Source: Patescibacteria group bacterium
GTDB taxonomy: Bacteria; Patescibacteriota; Patescibacteriia; JACRDY01
DNA: 64,000 bases
Assembly (NCBI GenBank): GCA_041650515.1
Contig: JBAZLA010000001.1
Coordinates: 82,710-146,709, forward strand
Reading direction: 5' to 3'
Position 1 is the stretch's first letter; each line of letters starts with the position of its first letter. Below are positions 10,203 through 21,240 of this stretch, in pieces. The notes beneath the pieces were generated by a model. That model saw nothing but the letters and a program-made list of their open reading frames with translations. It was not told the origin of the DNA and did no database searches. Position numbers and translations under genes: made by a program.

Positions 10203-13200
10203 ATGCTTGCTAAAAAAATCATTGACAAAAGCCAACCTCGTAAAACCTTTACGCCAGTCAAAGACGCGATGGAGCTGCCTAATTTAATTCAAATCCAAAA
10301 AGATTCTTATAACTGGTTTTTAAAACAAGGCCTCAAAGAACTGTTTGAAGAAGTCTCACCGATCAAAGATAATTTTGGCCGCAGCCTGGAACTTTATTTT
10401 ACCGATTATTATTTAGACGAGCCTAAATTTGATGAGGTAACTTCTAAGGAAAAAAACATTACCTACGAAGCACCCCTCCGAGCCAAAACTAAATTAGTTA
10501 ACAAAAAAATTAATAAAACCCAACAGCAAGAAATCTATTTGGGTGATTTTCCGTTGATGACCGACCGCGGTACTTTTATTATCAACGGCATCGAACGGGC
10601 CGTTGTTTCCCAGCTAATTCGTTCAGCTGGTGTCTTTTTTACTTCTGAAGCCTCACGCGGTCGACGTTGTTACGGTGCCAAAGTTATCCCTAACCGTGGC
10701 GCTTGGCTCGAACTAGAAACCGACGCCAATAATGTTATCTGGATCAAAATCGATCGCAAAAGAAAAGTAGCCGTCACCTCGCTGCTCCGTGCTTTCGGCT
10801 ATAGCAGCAATGAAGAAATCCATGATCTATTCAAAGAAGTTGATACTGATCCCGATATTAAATACATTGCTAAAACATTAGAAAAAGATACCGCCAAGGA
10901 TGTTAATGACGGATTAATTGAGGTCTACAAAAGAATTCGTCCGGGCGATCTCGCTACCCCGGACAACGCCCGATCATTACTTTATGCCATGTTTTTTAAT
11001 TTTGACCGCTACGATTTTGGCTCAGTTGGCCGCTATAAACTAAACGAACGATTTGGCTTTAAAATTCCTAATAATAAAGAAACTAGAATTTTACGCCGCG
11101 AAGATCTAATTGAAATTATCAAAGAAATCATCCGCTTAAATCTGTCCCAACGCGAACCAGATGACATTGATCACTTAGGCAACCGTCGCGTTCGCGCCGT
11201 TGGTGAGTTGATCCAAAATAAATTCCGCATTGGTTTGGCCCGGATGGAACGTATCGTTCGCGATCGTATGAGTACTCTCGACCCTCAGAGTATGATGCCC
11301 AGTCGTCTGATCAATGCCCGACCAGTTATTGGCTCAGTCAAAGAATTTTTTATGTCCTCACAGCTCTCCCAGTTTATGGATCAAACCAATCCACTGTCTG
11401 AGCTAGAACATAAACGCCGATTGTCCGCCATGGGTCCTGGCGGTTTATCTCGCGAACGAGCCGGCTTTGATGTCCGCGATGTTCACACTACCCACTACGG
11501 CCGTATCTGCCCAATCGCGACACCCGAAGGCCCAAACATTGGTCTCGTCGGTCATCTAGCAACCTACGCCCGAATCAATGATTATGGTTTTATCGAGACA
11601 CCCTACCGCAAAATTGAGCACATCGCGCTGGAAGAAATAAAAGACAAGGGTGGCAAAACGCTAGCCAAAAAAGGCGAAGCCGTTACTGGCGATAACTGGA
11701 AATTAATCAAAGAAAAATATCCTGAGTTAACTAACAAAACTAAACCGCTAGCTAGCGGCGAGGTGGTTTATCTCAACGCTTTAGCTGAAGAAAAGGCAGT
11801 TACTACTTCAGCCACCACACCAATCGACGATAGCGGCAACTTTTTGGCTGAAAAGGCCGAAGTTCGACGTTATGGCGAACCGGAGATGGATTTTGCCTAC
11901 AATATCGACTACATGGATGTTTCATCTCAACAAATTGTTAGTATTGCTACCGCCTTGATTCCTTTTCTAGAACACGACGATGCTATTCGCGCCCTAATGG
12001 GCACTAATATGCAACGCCAGGCTATACCTTGTATTAGATCCAATGCGCCGATTGTTGGTACTGGCGTCGAGAGACGGGCGGCCGTTGACTCTGGCCACCT
12101 GATCACAGCTGAGAACGACGGTAAAATTACCGAAGTTGATGCTAGCCATATCGAGATTCAAGAAACCAAGGGCCATTTAAAAAAATATCAGCTTAACAAA
12201 TTTATCCGCTCTAACTCTTCTACCTGTATTACTCAAAATCCCTTAGTTAAAAAAGGTGAAAAAGTCAAAAAAGGACAAGTCTTGGCTGATGGTCCAGCCA
12301 CTGATCATGGCGAACTGGCGCTGGGTCAAAATATTCTGGTCGCTTTTATGGCTTGGGAAGGTTATAACTACGAAGACGCTATTATTATTTCCCAAAGAGT
12401 AATGAGTGAAGATTCTTTTACTTCTATTTACATTGAAAACTATTCAATCGATGTCCGCGATACCAAGCTCGGACCAGAGTTAGTCACCTCGGATATTCCT
12501 AATGTTTCTGAAGAAAAATTAAAAAATCTGGATGCCGAAGGTATTATCCGCATCGGCGCTGAAGTTTCTTCGGGCGATATTCTGGTGGGTAAAATCACTC
12601 CCAAAGGAGAGACCGAACTCTCGGCTGAAGAAAAATTGCTTCGGGCGATCTTTGGCGAAAAAGCCCGCGATGTTCGCGACAGCTCGCTCTATCTTGAACA
12701 TGGTGAACATGGCAAAGTAATCGATATTAAATTATTTTCTCGTGAAGCTGGCGACAAGCTACCGTCTGGCGTCATCAAAACTATTCAGGTAACCATTGCC
12801 AATCTGCGCAAGGTCCAAGCTGGCGACAAACTCTCTGGTCGACATGGCAATAAAGGTGTAATTTCCAGAATTGTTCCGATCGAAGATATGCCTTTCTTAG
12901 AGGATGGCACGCCGATTGATATTATTCTCAGCCCTCTAGGTGTCGCCAATCGTATGAATTTGGGCCAAATTTTGGAAACCCACTTGGGTCTAGCCGCTAA
13001 GGCGCTAGGCTATCGTTTGGTCACCCCAGTCTTAAACGGCGTTACTGAAGAACAAATCAGAACTGAACTTAAAAAAGCCAACCTCCCTGAAGATGGTCAG
13101 CTTGTTCTTTACGACGGCCGAACAGGCAAATCATTTGATAATAAAATCACCGTTGGTATCCACTATATCCTTAAGCTTAATCATATGGTGGAGGATAAAA

Positions 13201-13550
13201 TCCATCAACGATCAATCGGCCCCTACTCCCTCATCACTCAACAACCACTAGGCGGTAAAGCCCAATTTGGTGGTCAACGATTTGGTGAGATGGAAGTCTG
13301 GGCATTAGAAGCCTATGGCGCGTCTAATATGCTGCAAGAAATATTAACCATTAAATCAGACGATGTTCCTGGACGCAGCAAAGCCTACGAATCGATAATC
13401 AAAGGTGAACCAATTAAACGTTTAAATATTCCCGAATCGTTCAACGTCTTGGTCCGTGAGTTAAAAGGGCTCTGCTTAGATGTAGAATTACTCAAAAATA
13501 TTGAGGAAGAAGATTCTCGAGCTGACAAAAAAGCAGACCATAAAAAATAG
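10203..13550 (+). CDS. rpoB: DNA-directed RNA polymerase beta subunit
   Basis: Full-length RpoB (1115 aa) with conserved regions, for example GDKLSGRHGNKGV and NMQRQA. Confidence 0.95.
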   Translation: MLAKKIIDKSQPRKTFTPVKDAMELPNLIQIQKDSYNWFLKQGLKELFEEVSPIKDNFGRSLELYFTDYYLDEPKFDEVTSKEKNITYEAPLRAKTKLVNKKINKTQQQEIYLGDFPLMTDRGTFIINGIERAVVSQLIRSAGVFFTSEASRGRRCYGAKVIPNRGAWLELETDANNVIWIKIDRKRKVAVTSLLRAFGYSSNEEIHDLFKEVDTDPDIKYIAKTLEKDTAKDVNDGLIEVYKRIRPGDLATPDNARSLLYAMFFNFDRYDFGSVGRYKLNERFGFKIPNNKETRILRREDLIEIIKEIIRLNLSQREPDDIDHLGNRRVRAVGELIQNKFRIGLARMERIVRDRMSTLDPQSMMPSRLINARPVIGSVKEFFMSSQLSQFMDQTNPLSELEHKRRLSAMGPGGLSRERAGFDVRDVHTTHYGRICPIATPEGPNIGLVGHLATYARINDYGFIETPYRKIEHIALEEIKDKGGKTLAKKGEAVTGDNWKLIKEKYPELTNKTKPLASGEVVYLNALAEEKAVTTSATTPIDDSGNFLAEKAEVRRYGEPEMDFAYNIDYMDVSSQQIVSIATALIPFLEHDDAIRALMGTNMQRQAIPCIRSNAPIVGTGVERRAAVDSGHLITAENDGKITEVDASHIEIQETKGHLKKYQLNKFIRSNSSTCITQNPLVKKGEKVKKGQVLADGPATDHGELALGQNILVAFMAWEGYNYEDAIIISQRVMSEDSFTSIYIENYSIDVRDTKLGPELVTSDIPNVSEEKLKNLDAEGIIRIGAEVSSGDILVGKITPKGETELSAEEKLLRAIFGEKARDVRDSSLYLEHGEHGKVIDIKLFSREAGDKLPSGVIKTIQVTIANLRKVQAGDKLSGRHGNKGVISRIVPIEDMPFLEDGTPIDIILSPLGVANRMNLGQILETHLGLAAKALGYRLVTPVLNGVTEEQIRTELKKANLPEDGQLVLYDGRTGKSFDNKITVGIHYILKLNHMVEDKIHQRSIGPYSLITQQPLGGKAQFGGQRFGEMEVWALEAYGASNMLQEILTIKSDDVPGRSKAYESIIKGEPIKRLNIPESFNVLVRELKGLCLDVELLKNIEEEDSRADKKADHKK

Positions 13551-13570
13551 ATAATCAATTATATAATATA

Positions 13571-16500
13571 GTGAATAACTTTATGTATAAAACAACCACG
13601 GCTGTTGACTTCGACGCTATTAAACTCAAATTGGCCTCGCCCGAAACTATCATCGGTTGGTCACATGGTGAAGTAATCCGACCAGAAACTATTAACTATC
13701 GCACCCAAAAACCCGAAAAAGATGGCCTCTTTTGCGAACGCATCTTCGGCCCTTCTAAAGATTGGGAATGCTACTGCGGCAAGTACAAAAAAATCCGCTA
13801 CAAAGGCATCGTCTGCGATAAATGCGGCGTCGAGGTTACTCGTTCTTTAGTGCGACGTGAACGCATGGGCCATATCAAGCTAGCCGCCCCAGTTTCTCAT
13901 ATTTGGTTTTTGCGTAGCGTCCCTTCCAAGATTGGTCTGGCCATCAATATGTCACCGCAAGCGTTAGAAAAAGTTATTTACTTTGCTAATTTTATTATTA
14001 CCAAAGTAAATGATGAGATTAAAGAACAGATTCTTGATCAGCTTAAAAAAGAATTCAAAGAAGCCAAAAAAACCATTGAAAACAAATTTATTAAAGATGT
14101 CGAAAAAGTTAAAAACGACCTAAAAGATAAATCAGAAACCACCGTCGACGAAGCAATCAAAAAAACTAACGAGCTGCGAGACGGCGATCTAGCTAAACTG
14201 CAGGAAGAGTTTAGCGAAACCGAAAAAGAAATTAAAGACATCAAAAAATTAAGAATAATTTCGGAGCACGAATATCAACAGCTCTCGCTCAAGTATGGCC
14301 CACTTTTCGAAGCAGCCATCGGCGCCGAAGCGGTCCAACAATTACTCAAGGAGATTAACGCCACTCAACTAATCGCTCAACTAGAAAAAGAAAAGGAAAA
14401 CACCCAGGGGGCCAAAAAAGACAAACTAGTCAAAAGAATAAAATTGCTTCGTAGCTTGGAAAAAAACCGGATCCGTTCAGAATGGATGATTTTGGATGTC
14501 GTGCCAGTAATTCCACCCGATCTCCGGCCAATGGTACCCCTAGACGGCGGCCGTTTTGCTACCTCCGATCTTAATGATTTGTATCGTCGGGTAATCAACC
14601 GCAACAACCGTTTAAAAAGGTTGCAAGATCTAAACGCGCCAGAAGTTATTGTCCGCAATGAAAAGAGAATGTTGCAAGAAGCGGTTGACGCGCTAATCGA
14701 TAATTCTGCTCGCCATAGTAAAACTGTTGTTGCCTCGACTGGTCAAAAAAGACAGCTCAAATCGATTGCCGATATTTTAAAAGGTAAACAAGGCCGTTTC
14801 CGCCAAAACCTCCTAGGCAAACGTATTGATTACTCCGGCCGTTCAGTTATTATCGTCGGTCCTGATCTAAAGATTAACCAATGCGGGCTGCCGAAAAAAA
14901 TGGCTTTGGAACTGTTCAAGCCCTTTATTATCTCCCGTTTGATTAAAGACGGTTTTGTCCATAATATTCGCTCAGCCAATAGATTTATTGAGAGTGAACG
15001 GCCAGAAGTTTGGGATATTCTAGAAGAGGTGACTCAAAATGCTCATGTTCTACTAAACCGCGCTCCAACTCTGCACCGTTTGGGTATTCAAGCTTTTCAG
15101 CCAGTCTTGGTTGAAGGTAAGGCGATCCAGCTCCATCCATTGGTCTGCTCGCCATTTAATGCTGACTTTGATGGTGACCAAATGGCGGTTCATGTACCCT
15201 TAACCGAAGAAGCAAAAAACGAAGCCAAAAACCTTTTACTCTCGACTCAAAACTTACTTAAACCAGCCACTGGCAAACCATCAACTCAACCAAATAAAGA
15301 TATCGTCCTGGGTATTTATTACTTAACTGCCCAACTCGATAAACCACGAACGAAATATTTCAGCTCTGCCAAAGAAGCCCAATTGGCTTACCAAAATGAC
15401 ATCATTGATCTCCGTGAACTGATTTTAGTTAAAGATAAATTCCGATCCAAGAAAGAAGAAAAGATTGAGACGACCGTTGGCCGGATTATTTTTAGTTCTA
15501 TTGTCCCCGCCAAACTGCCGTTCTATAACCAAACGGTTGATAGCAAAACAATCACTAAGATAATTTCTCTGATTATGGAAACTCAGCCCAGAGAAATGGC
15601 AGTTGATTTTTTGGATAAAATTAAAAAACTAGGTTTTAAGTACCTCACTCGCTCCGGCTATTCGTGGGGAATGGATAATCTACCAACGCTAGAAGAAAAG
15701 AGAGCAATCATTGAAGAGGGTGACCGCGTTACCGACGAAATCGAAGATCAATACCAGGCCGGTTTATTAACTAGCAAAGAGCGCCACAGTAAAATTATTG
15801 AGACCTGGACTTCGCTTAAAGATAAAATCGTTCATCTAGCAACTCAAAAACTCGATAAGAAAAGCCCCGTTTATGCCATGATTACTTCTGGCGCCCGTGG
15901 TAGCTGGGGCCAATTAACCCAAATGGTCGGTATGAAAGGTTTAGTTTCTAATCCGGCTGGTGAAATTATCGAGCTACCGGTCAAAAGTGCTTTTAAAGAA
16001 GGTTTTAATGTTTTGGAATTCTTTATCTCCACTCACGGCAGCCGAAAGGGTCTATCCGATACCGCTCTAAGAACTGCTAACGCTGGCTATCTAACTCGAC
16101 GTTTGGTTGACGTTGTTCAAGATGTAGTAATTAAGGAGCAAGACTGCGGTGATAGAGAAGGCGTTATTATTACTAAAAAAGAGAGCGAAGAGATGGTGGA
16201 AACCCTGGCTGAACGCGTCTTGGGCCGCTATTGTCTCGAAGATATCAAGGGTCCCAAAGGGAAATTAATTGCCAAAAAGAATGAAATTATCACCGAAGAG
16301 ATTGCCCGCCAATTAGAAGAGAACGACATCGAGCAAATCCGCGTTCGCTCGGTCCTCTCTTGTCATCTTAATAAATGTCTCTGCCAAAAATGCTACGGCT
16401 ATGATTTAGGTCATAACAAACTGGTTGAACCAGGTACGGCTGTCGGCATTATCGCCGCTCAGTCAATCGGCGAACCAGGCACCCAGCTAACGATGAGAAC

Positions 16501-17479
16501 TTTTCACACTGGTGGCGTCGCTGGCAAAGATATCACTCAAGGTTTACCACGAGTTGAAGAATTATTTGAAGCTCGACCACCAAAACACAAGGCCTTTGTC
16601 ACTGACGTTGATGGCATCGTCTCGATTGAAGAAATGCCCAAAACTGTAACCGATGCTTCAGGCAAGGTAGTACTCGCTGGCCGATTTGGTCAAAAAGTAG
16701 TTAAAGTCAATTTTAATCAAGTTGAAGAGGATGAATACAAACTAGAAAAAAACTGCCAAATAAAAGCCGAGGACAACAAAGTTATAGTAAAGGGTGGTCT
16801 GCTCTATATCGATAATGAAGGTAAAAAAGTGTCTGCCCGCCGAGAAGGTATTGTTAAACTCGAAAAAAACAAAATTAAAGTTGTCGTCGACAGTCTCAAG
16901 AGTAAAGAATTTATTATTCCCAGTGAATATTCAATCCTAGTCAAAAATGGCGATTTAATCGGCAAAGGTGATGTCTTAACCGATGGCAGTCTTGATCTTC
17001 AACAACTCTTTAAGCTTAAGGGTAAAGAAGCGGTCCAAAAATACATGCTTAAAGAAATTCAGCATATTTACTCTTCTCAAGGACAAAAATTAAACGACAA
17101 ACATGTCGAGATTATCCTTCGACAACTCTTCTCGCGCGTTTATATCCGCGATGCCGGCGATACTGAACTTTTGCCCGGCGAAATTATTGAGCTTGCCGAA
17201 ATTGACGAAGCTAATGATGAAGTAGAAGATAGTGGCAAACAATTAGCCAAATACGATGAATTATTCTTAGGCGTATCCAAAGTATCACTCTCCACTTCTA
17301 GCTGGCTATCGGCTGCCTCTTTTCAAGAAACTGCCCGAGTCTTAATTAATGCCGCTATCACTGGTAAGGTAGACCGGCTAGAGGGACTAAAGGAAAATGT
17401 TATCATCGGCCGTCGTATCCCCGCAGGTACTGGTTTTATTAATGATCAAGATGTCCCAACCGAAACACCCGAGGAATAA
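13571..17479 (+). CDS. rpoC: DNA-directed RNA polymerase beta' subunit
   Basis: Full-length RpoC (1302 aa) with zinc-finger CYCGKYKK...C.KCG and NADFDGDQM catalytic motif. Confidence 0.95.
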   Translation: MNNFMYKTTTAVDFDAIKLKLASPETIIGWSHGEVIRPETINYRTQKPEKDGLFCERIFGPSKDWECYCGKYKKIRYKGIVCDKCGVEVTRSLVRRERMGHIKLAAPVSHIWFLRSVPSKIGLAINMSPQALEKVIYFANFIITKVNDEIKEQILDQLKKEFKEAKKTIENKFIKDVEKVKNDLKDKSETTVDEAIKKTNELRDGDLAKLQEEFSETEKEIKDIKKLRIISEHEYQQLSLKYGPLFEAAIGAEAVQQLLKEINATQLIAQLEKEKENTQGAKKDKLVKRIKLLRSLEKNRIRSEWMILDVVPVIPPDLRPMVPLDGGRFATSDLNDLYRRVINRNNRLKRLQDLNAPEVIVRNEKRMLQEAVDALIDNSARHSKTVVASTGQKRQLKSIADILKGKQGRFRQNLLGKRIDYSGRSVIIVGPDLKINQCGLPKKMALELFKPFIISRLIKDGFVHNIRSANRFIESERPEVWDILEEVTQNAHVLLNRAPTLHRLGIQAFQPVLVEGKAIQLHPLVCSPFNADFDGDQMAVHVPLTEEAKNEAKNLLLSTQNLLKPATGKPSTQPNKDIVLGIYYLTAQLDKPRTKYFSSAKEAQLAYQNDIIDLRELILVKDKFRSKKEEKIETTVGRIIFSSIVPAKLPFYNQTVDSKTITKIISLIMETQPREMAVDFLDKIKKLGFKYLTRSGYSWGMDNLPTLEEKRAIIEEGDRVTDEIEDQYQAGLLTSKERHSKIIETWTSLKDKIVHLATQKLDKKSPVYAMITSGARGSWGQLTQMVGMKGLVSNPAGEIIELPVKSAFKEGFNVLEFFISTHGSRKGLSDTALRTANAGYLTRRLVDVVQDVVIKEQDCGDREGVIITKKESEEMVETLAERVLGRYCLEDIKGPKGKLIAKKNEIITEEIARQLEENDIEQIRVRSVLSCHLNKCLCQKCYGYDLGHNKLVEPGTAVGIIAAQSIGEPGTQLTMRTFHTGGVAGKDITQGLPRVEELFEARPPKHKAFVTDVDGIVSIEEMPKTVTDASGKVVLAGRFGQKVVKVNFNQVEEDEYKLEKNCQIKAEDNKVIVKGGLLYIDNEGKKVSARREGIVKLEKNKIKVVVDSLKSKEFIIPSEYSILVKNGDLIGKGDVLTDGSLDLQQLFKLKGKEAVQKYMLKEIQHIYSSQGQKLNDKHVEIILRQLFSRVYIRDAGDTELLPGEIIELAEIDEANDEVEDSGKQLAKYDELFLGVSKVSLSTSSWLSAASFQETARVLINAAITGKVDRLEGLKENVIIGRRIPAGTGFINDQDVPTETPEE

Positions 17480-17491
17480 ATCTATAGTCTC

Positions 17492-17521
17492 AAAACCCTC
17501 CGCTTCGGCGGAGGGTTTTTG
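17492..17521 (+). terminator. Rho-independent terminator after rpoC
   Basis: aaaccctccgcttcggcggagggttttt. Confidence 0.8.
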
Positions 17522-17715
17522 TTTAGTCAATAAAAAAACCGCTCACTAGAGGAGCGGGTCCAAGGATAAACACAAAGCAAGCTATTTTCCCAAGCGGGGT
17601 TTTATTCAGCACATCCCAGACCACAATCAAATCTATTTTTTAGAAACACTAAAACAATAAAACCAGCGGGGGCTTGAGGGCGTTGCGGCGCCGAGTCCCG
17701 TTCCAGCCTCTCTAA

Positions 17716-17844
17716 TTTGTCATCCTGAGTGTAGCCCCTAACCCATGTGTCAGGGGCGAAGCGAAGGATCAGCCTAATTAACATAATATCATTAGGACAC
17801 CCAGCTGATCCTTCGTCCCGCCACGCGGGACTCAGGATGACAAA
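17716..17844. repeat. Family-B palindromic repeat (tttgtcatcctgagt ... actcaggatgacaaa)
   Basis: Terminal inverted repeats of 15 bp. The internal hairpin ctgatccttcg... is shared with other copies. Confidence 0.75.
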
Positions 17845-17973
17845 TTGAAATGGTCTCACGGAGTTTATCTTAAATGAAGTGAATGACTTAGAATAAAAAG
17901 ACAGAAAAAGTAATAACTCTAGCAAAACTTACCTCAAAATGATATAATATTATAGTAAAAAATAGTTTTAAAT

Positions 17974-20409
17974 ATGGCTAGAAGAAAAAGACCAGGTCGC
18001 CCCAAAGGCACAACCAAACATCGCTCTCGCAACGAAAAAAACTACGACCAAAAAGAGTACGAGCCGCTCCTCTCGGCCGAAACCAAACGTGGCATTGCCA
18101 TTATTTTTTTGCTGGCTCTAGGAGCCATCTCTTTGCTTGGATTGTTCGGCTTAGCCGGCACGGCCGGTATCTATATCAAAATCTGGGTCACCCATCTTTT
18201 CGGCTGGGCAATTTGGCTCTTCCCAATTATCCTATTCTTATCAGCTTATTTTTTAATTGTTGCTTCACGCTATTCGACCGGCTTCATCAACTATTTTGGG
18301 CTGCTGATATTCACCCTAAGTTTTAATGGACTGCTCCACTTGCGTATCCCCCTAGAAGAAGCGGGGCAGGCCGTTACTACTGGCCGGGGCGGCGGCTATT
18401 TGGGATTATTTTTATCTTATCCGCTGCAAAAAATAATGGGCTTTTGGGCGACGCTAGTTGCCCTAGTTGCCCTATTACTGATCGCCTTGCTTTTAACCTT
18501 TAACACCTCCTTATCTGATATTGCTGAAAAAAGTTTTATTTTTAACTCAGTTTTTAAAAAGATCGGCGGACTATTCCATCGACGGGCCGTAACCGAAAAT
18601 AATGAAGAAGATGAGGAATATTATGGCGATGAAGAAGATGAGGAAGGATCACCAACTAAAACCGAAGAAAAAACTACTGAACCAGAACGGATAGAAACTG
18701 AAGCCGCCAAGATTTTTTCAGCTAAAAAAATAATTGATAAACCTCAGCCAATTTTGGCTAAAAAATTCAAAAAAATCGACATTCCGCTAGATTTGCTAGC
18801 TGACCGCAAGGAAAAACCAACCAGCGGTGACATCCGTGTCAATCAAGAAAGGATTAAAAAAACTTTGGAAAATTTTGGTATTCAGGTAGAAATGGGCGAA
18901 GTTAGTGTCGGGCCAACCGTTACTCAATATACCCTTAAACCATCCGAGGGGGTCAAACTATCACAAATCACCACTTTGCATAATGATTTAGCTCTAGCTC
19001 TGGCGGCCCACCCGATCCGAATTGAAGCACCAATCCCCGGCAAGTCTTTAGTGGGTATTGAGGTACCTAATCAGACTATCGCCACGGTCAGCCTGCGCGA
19101 GATCCTCTCTTCCAAAGAGTTTGCCTTGCGCAAATCTAACCTAACCATGGCATTGGGTAAAGACGTCGCTGGCAAATCCTGGGTTGCTAATTTAGACGCA
19201 ATGCCCCACCTGTTGATTGCCGGCTCGACCGGCTCGGGTAAAACTGTTTGCGTTAATTCGATTATCGTTAGTCTACTCTTCCAAAATAGTCCCAACACCT
19301 TGCGTCTAATCCTCGTTGACCCCAAAAGAGTCGAACTACCAACCTACAACGGCATCCCCCATTTACTCACTCCAGCGATTACGGATGTTAAAAAAACAAT
19401 CAACGCTTTAAAGTGGACAATCGGCGAAATGGATCGTCGGTTTGAGCTACTCGCCAAAGTTGGCCAACGCGATATCCATAGTTATAACCGAACCTATGGC
19501 GAAAAGATGCCCTATTTAGTAATGGTAATCGACGAATTAGCGGATCTAATGACTTCCGCCGGCTCAGAAATCGAGAATTATATTATTCGTTTAGCCCAAA
19601 TGGCTCGCGCCGTTGGTATCCACCTAATCCTAGCTACTCAAAGACCATCGGTCGATATTATCACCGGCTTAATCAAGGCTAATATCACCTCCCGTATTGC
19701 TTTTGCGGTTGCTTCAGCGGTTGATTCCCGCACTATTCTAGACCATTCGGGGGCAGAAAAATTACTCGGTCGTGGTGATATGCTTTATGTTTCAGCCAAC
19801 CTATCCAAGCCAAAACGACTACAAGGAACCATGGTATCTGACGATGAGATCCGCCGAATTGTTGAATATATCAAAAGCCAAAACGGTGAACCAGAATATA
19901 ATGACAATATTACCGAGAGACAATCAGCTCTAGTCGGCGGCTTAAACTATAGCGACGAAGGCGGCGACGAACTGCTCGAAGATGCTAAGGATATGATTGT
20001 CAAAACTGGCAAAGCTTCAGCCTCTTACCTCCAACGTCGATTTAAAATTGGCTACGCTCGGGCAGCCAGAATTTTAGACCTGCTAGAAGAACAAGGTATT
20101 ATTGGCCCATCTGATGGCGCCAAGCCACGCGAAATTCTGGTCACCGAAATTGATGAAGAAGATGTACCCGATGATTTTATTGAAGACGATGGCAGTGAAG
20201 CTGAAGGTGGTGAGGTCCAAGAATCGGCAGTGGTTGAAGAAAAAACTGAGGAGATAATCGAAACCGAAAAGAATGAAGAAGAAGTTGAAGAAGAAAGTAA
20301 AGAAGAAGTTGAAGAAGAAGTTGAACCAATAAAAACCAAAACTCAAAATAAAAAAGCTGAAGATAAGGTCAACAAGATAACTGAGGTTAACGAGGACGAA
20401 TTGATTTAA
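17974..20409 (+). CDS. ftsK: DNA translocase FtsK/SpoIIIE
   Basis: N-terminal polytopic membrane domain, an acidic linker, Walker A (AGSTGSGKT), and a C-terminal gamma/winged-helix domain. Confidence 0.9.
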   Translation: MARRKRPGRPKGTTKHRSRNEKNYDQKEYEPLLSAETKRGIAIIFLLALGAISLLGLFGLAGTAGIYIKIWVTHLFGWAIWLFPIILFLSAYFLIVASRYSTGFINYFGLLIFTLSFNGLLHLRIPLEEAGQAVTTGRGGGYLGLFLSYPLQKIMGFWATLVALVALLLIALLLTFNTSLSDIAEKSFIFNSVFKKIGGLFHRRAVTENNEEDEEYYGDEEDEEGSPTKTEEKTTEPERIETEAAKIFSAKKIIDKPQPILAKKFKKIDIPLDLLADRKEKPTSGDIRVNQERIKKTLENFGIQVEMGEVSVGPTVTQYTLKPSEGVKLSQITTLHNDLALALAAHPIRIEAPIPGKSLVGIEVPNQTIATVSLREILSSKEFALRKSNLTMALGKDVAGKSWVANLDAMPHLLIAGSTGSGKTVCVNSIIVSLLFQNSPNTLRLILVDPKRVELPTYNGIPHLLTPAITDVKKTINALKWTIGEMDRRFELLAKVGQRDIHSYNRTYGEKMPYLVMVIDELADLMTSAGSEIENYIIRLAQMARAVGIHLILATQRPSVDIITGLIKANITSRIAFAVASAVDSRTILDHSGAEKLLGRGDMLYVSANLSKPKRLQGTMVSDDEIRRIVEYIKSQNGEPEYNDNITERQSALVGGLNYSDEGGDELLEDAKDMIVKTGKASASYLQRRFKIGYARAARILDLLEEQGIIGPSDGAKPREILVTEIDEEDVPDDFIEDDGSEAEGGEVQESAVVEEKTEEIIETEKNEEEVEEESKEEVEEEVEPIKTKTQNKKAEDKVNKITEVNEDELI

Positions 20410-20446
20410 ATTTACTACAAATTTACGAATCTTTGCGAATATACGT

Positions 20447-21166
20447 ATGATTAGTTTTACCGCTAAAAAAATCAAAGACACTCAGACCATAGCCGAAATT
20501 CTGACCCAAAGTCGTAAAGAAAAAAATTTTGATCTGGCTAAAGTTGAAAAAGAAACCAAAATCAACAAAAAATATCTACTGGCGCTAGAAAACGGCGAAT
20601 ACCAAAAACTACCCAGCGCAGTTTATATCCAAAATTTTATTAAAAGCTATGCTCGTTATCTTGGTCTAAATACCGAGCAAATTCTACAAATTCTCGGCCA
20701 AGAACTAGAAATTTTCTCTAAAATTAAAGAGGGCAAAGAAAAAAGTAATCAAGAAAAGGTTAAACCAACTAAAATTCTGATTACACCCAAGAGTTTACAA
20801 CGTCTAGCAGCTATCGTCTTAATCGTCGCTTGCCTAGCCTACCTTGGCTGGGAAATTAACAAGATATTCTTACCACCCGAGCTAAACATCGAAACACCAA
20901 CACCCGATTTAGTAACATCAGAAAAATCAGTTATAGTTAGAGGGACCACTGACTCGGGGGTCAGGATTACTATCAACAGCCAAGAAATTTTGGCTGACCA
21001 AAACGGCCAATTTGAAAAAGAGATTGATTTACAAGCGGGTTTGAATACAATCCAGATTAGTGCCAAAAAAAGACTCAGCCGGTCTCAAATTGTGACTAGA
21101 CAAATATTGGTCCCGGAGAATAAACCTTTAGAAATTATTGAGGGACAAGCGCCGACCAACCAATAA
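20447..21166 (+). CDS. RodZ-like helix-turn-helix membrane protein
   Basis: N-terminal XRE-like helix-turn-helix (KKYLLALENGEY...IKSYARYLGL), then one transmembrane segment and an extracellular domain. Confidence 0.5.
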   Translation: MISFTAKKIKDTQTIAEILTQSRKEKNFDLAKVEKETKINKKYLLALENGEYQKLPSAVYIQNFIKSYARYLGLNTEQILQILGQELEIFSKIKEGKEKSNQEKVKPTKILITPKSLQRLAAIVLIVACLAYLGWEINKIFLPPELNIETPTPDLVTSEKSVIVRGTTDSGVRITINSQEILADQNGQFEKEIDLQAGLNTIQISAKKRLSRSQIVTRQILVPENKPLEIIEGQAPTNQ

Positions 21167-21240
21167 AAGTTTAGATAATTTTAATCTAAGACCTAGTAGA
21201 GTACAGCTAACAATTAATACTTAATCCCTAATCAAAATAT

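Noticed and set aside
20083-20481. 132-aa minus-strand ORF at the 3' end of ftsK
   Set aside because: F/N-rich antisense of the acidic E/K-rich FtsK tail; no start context.
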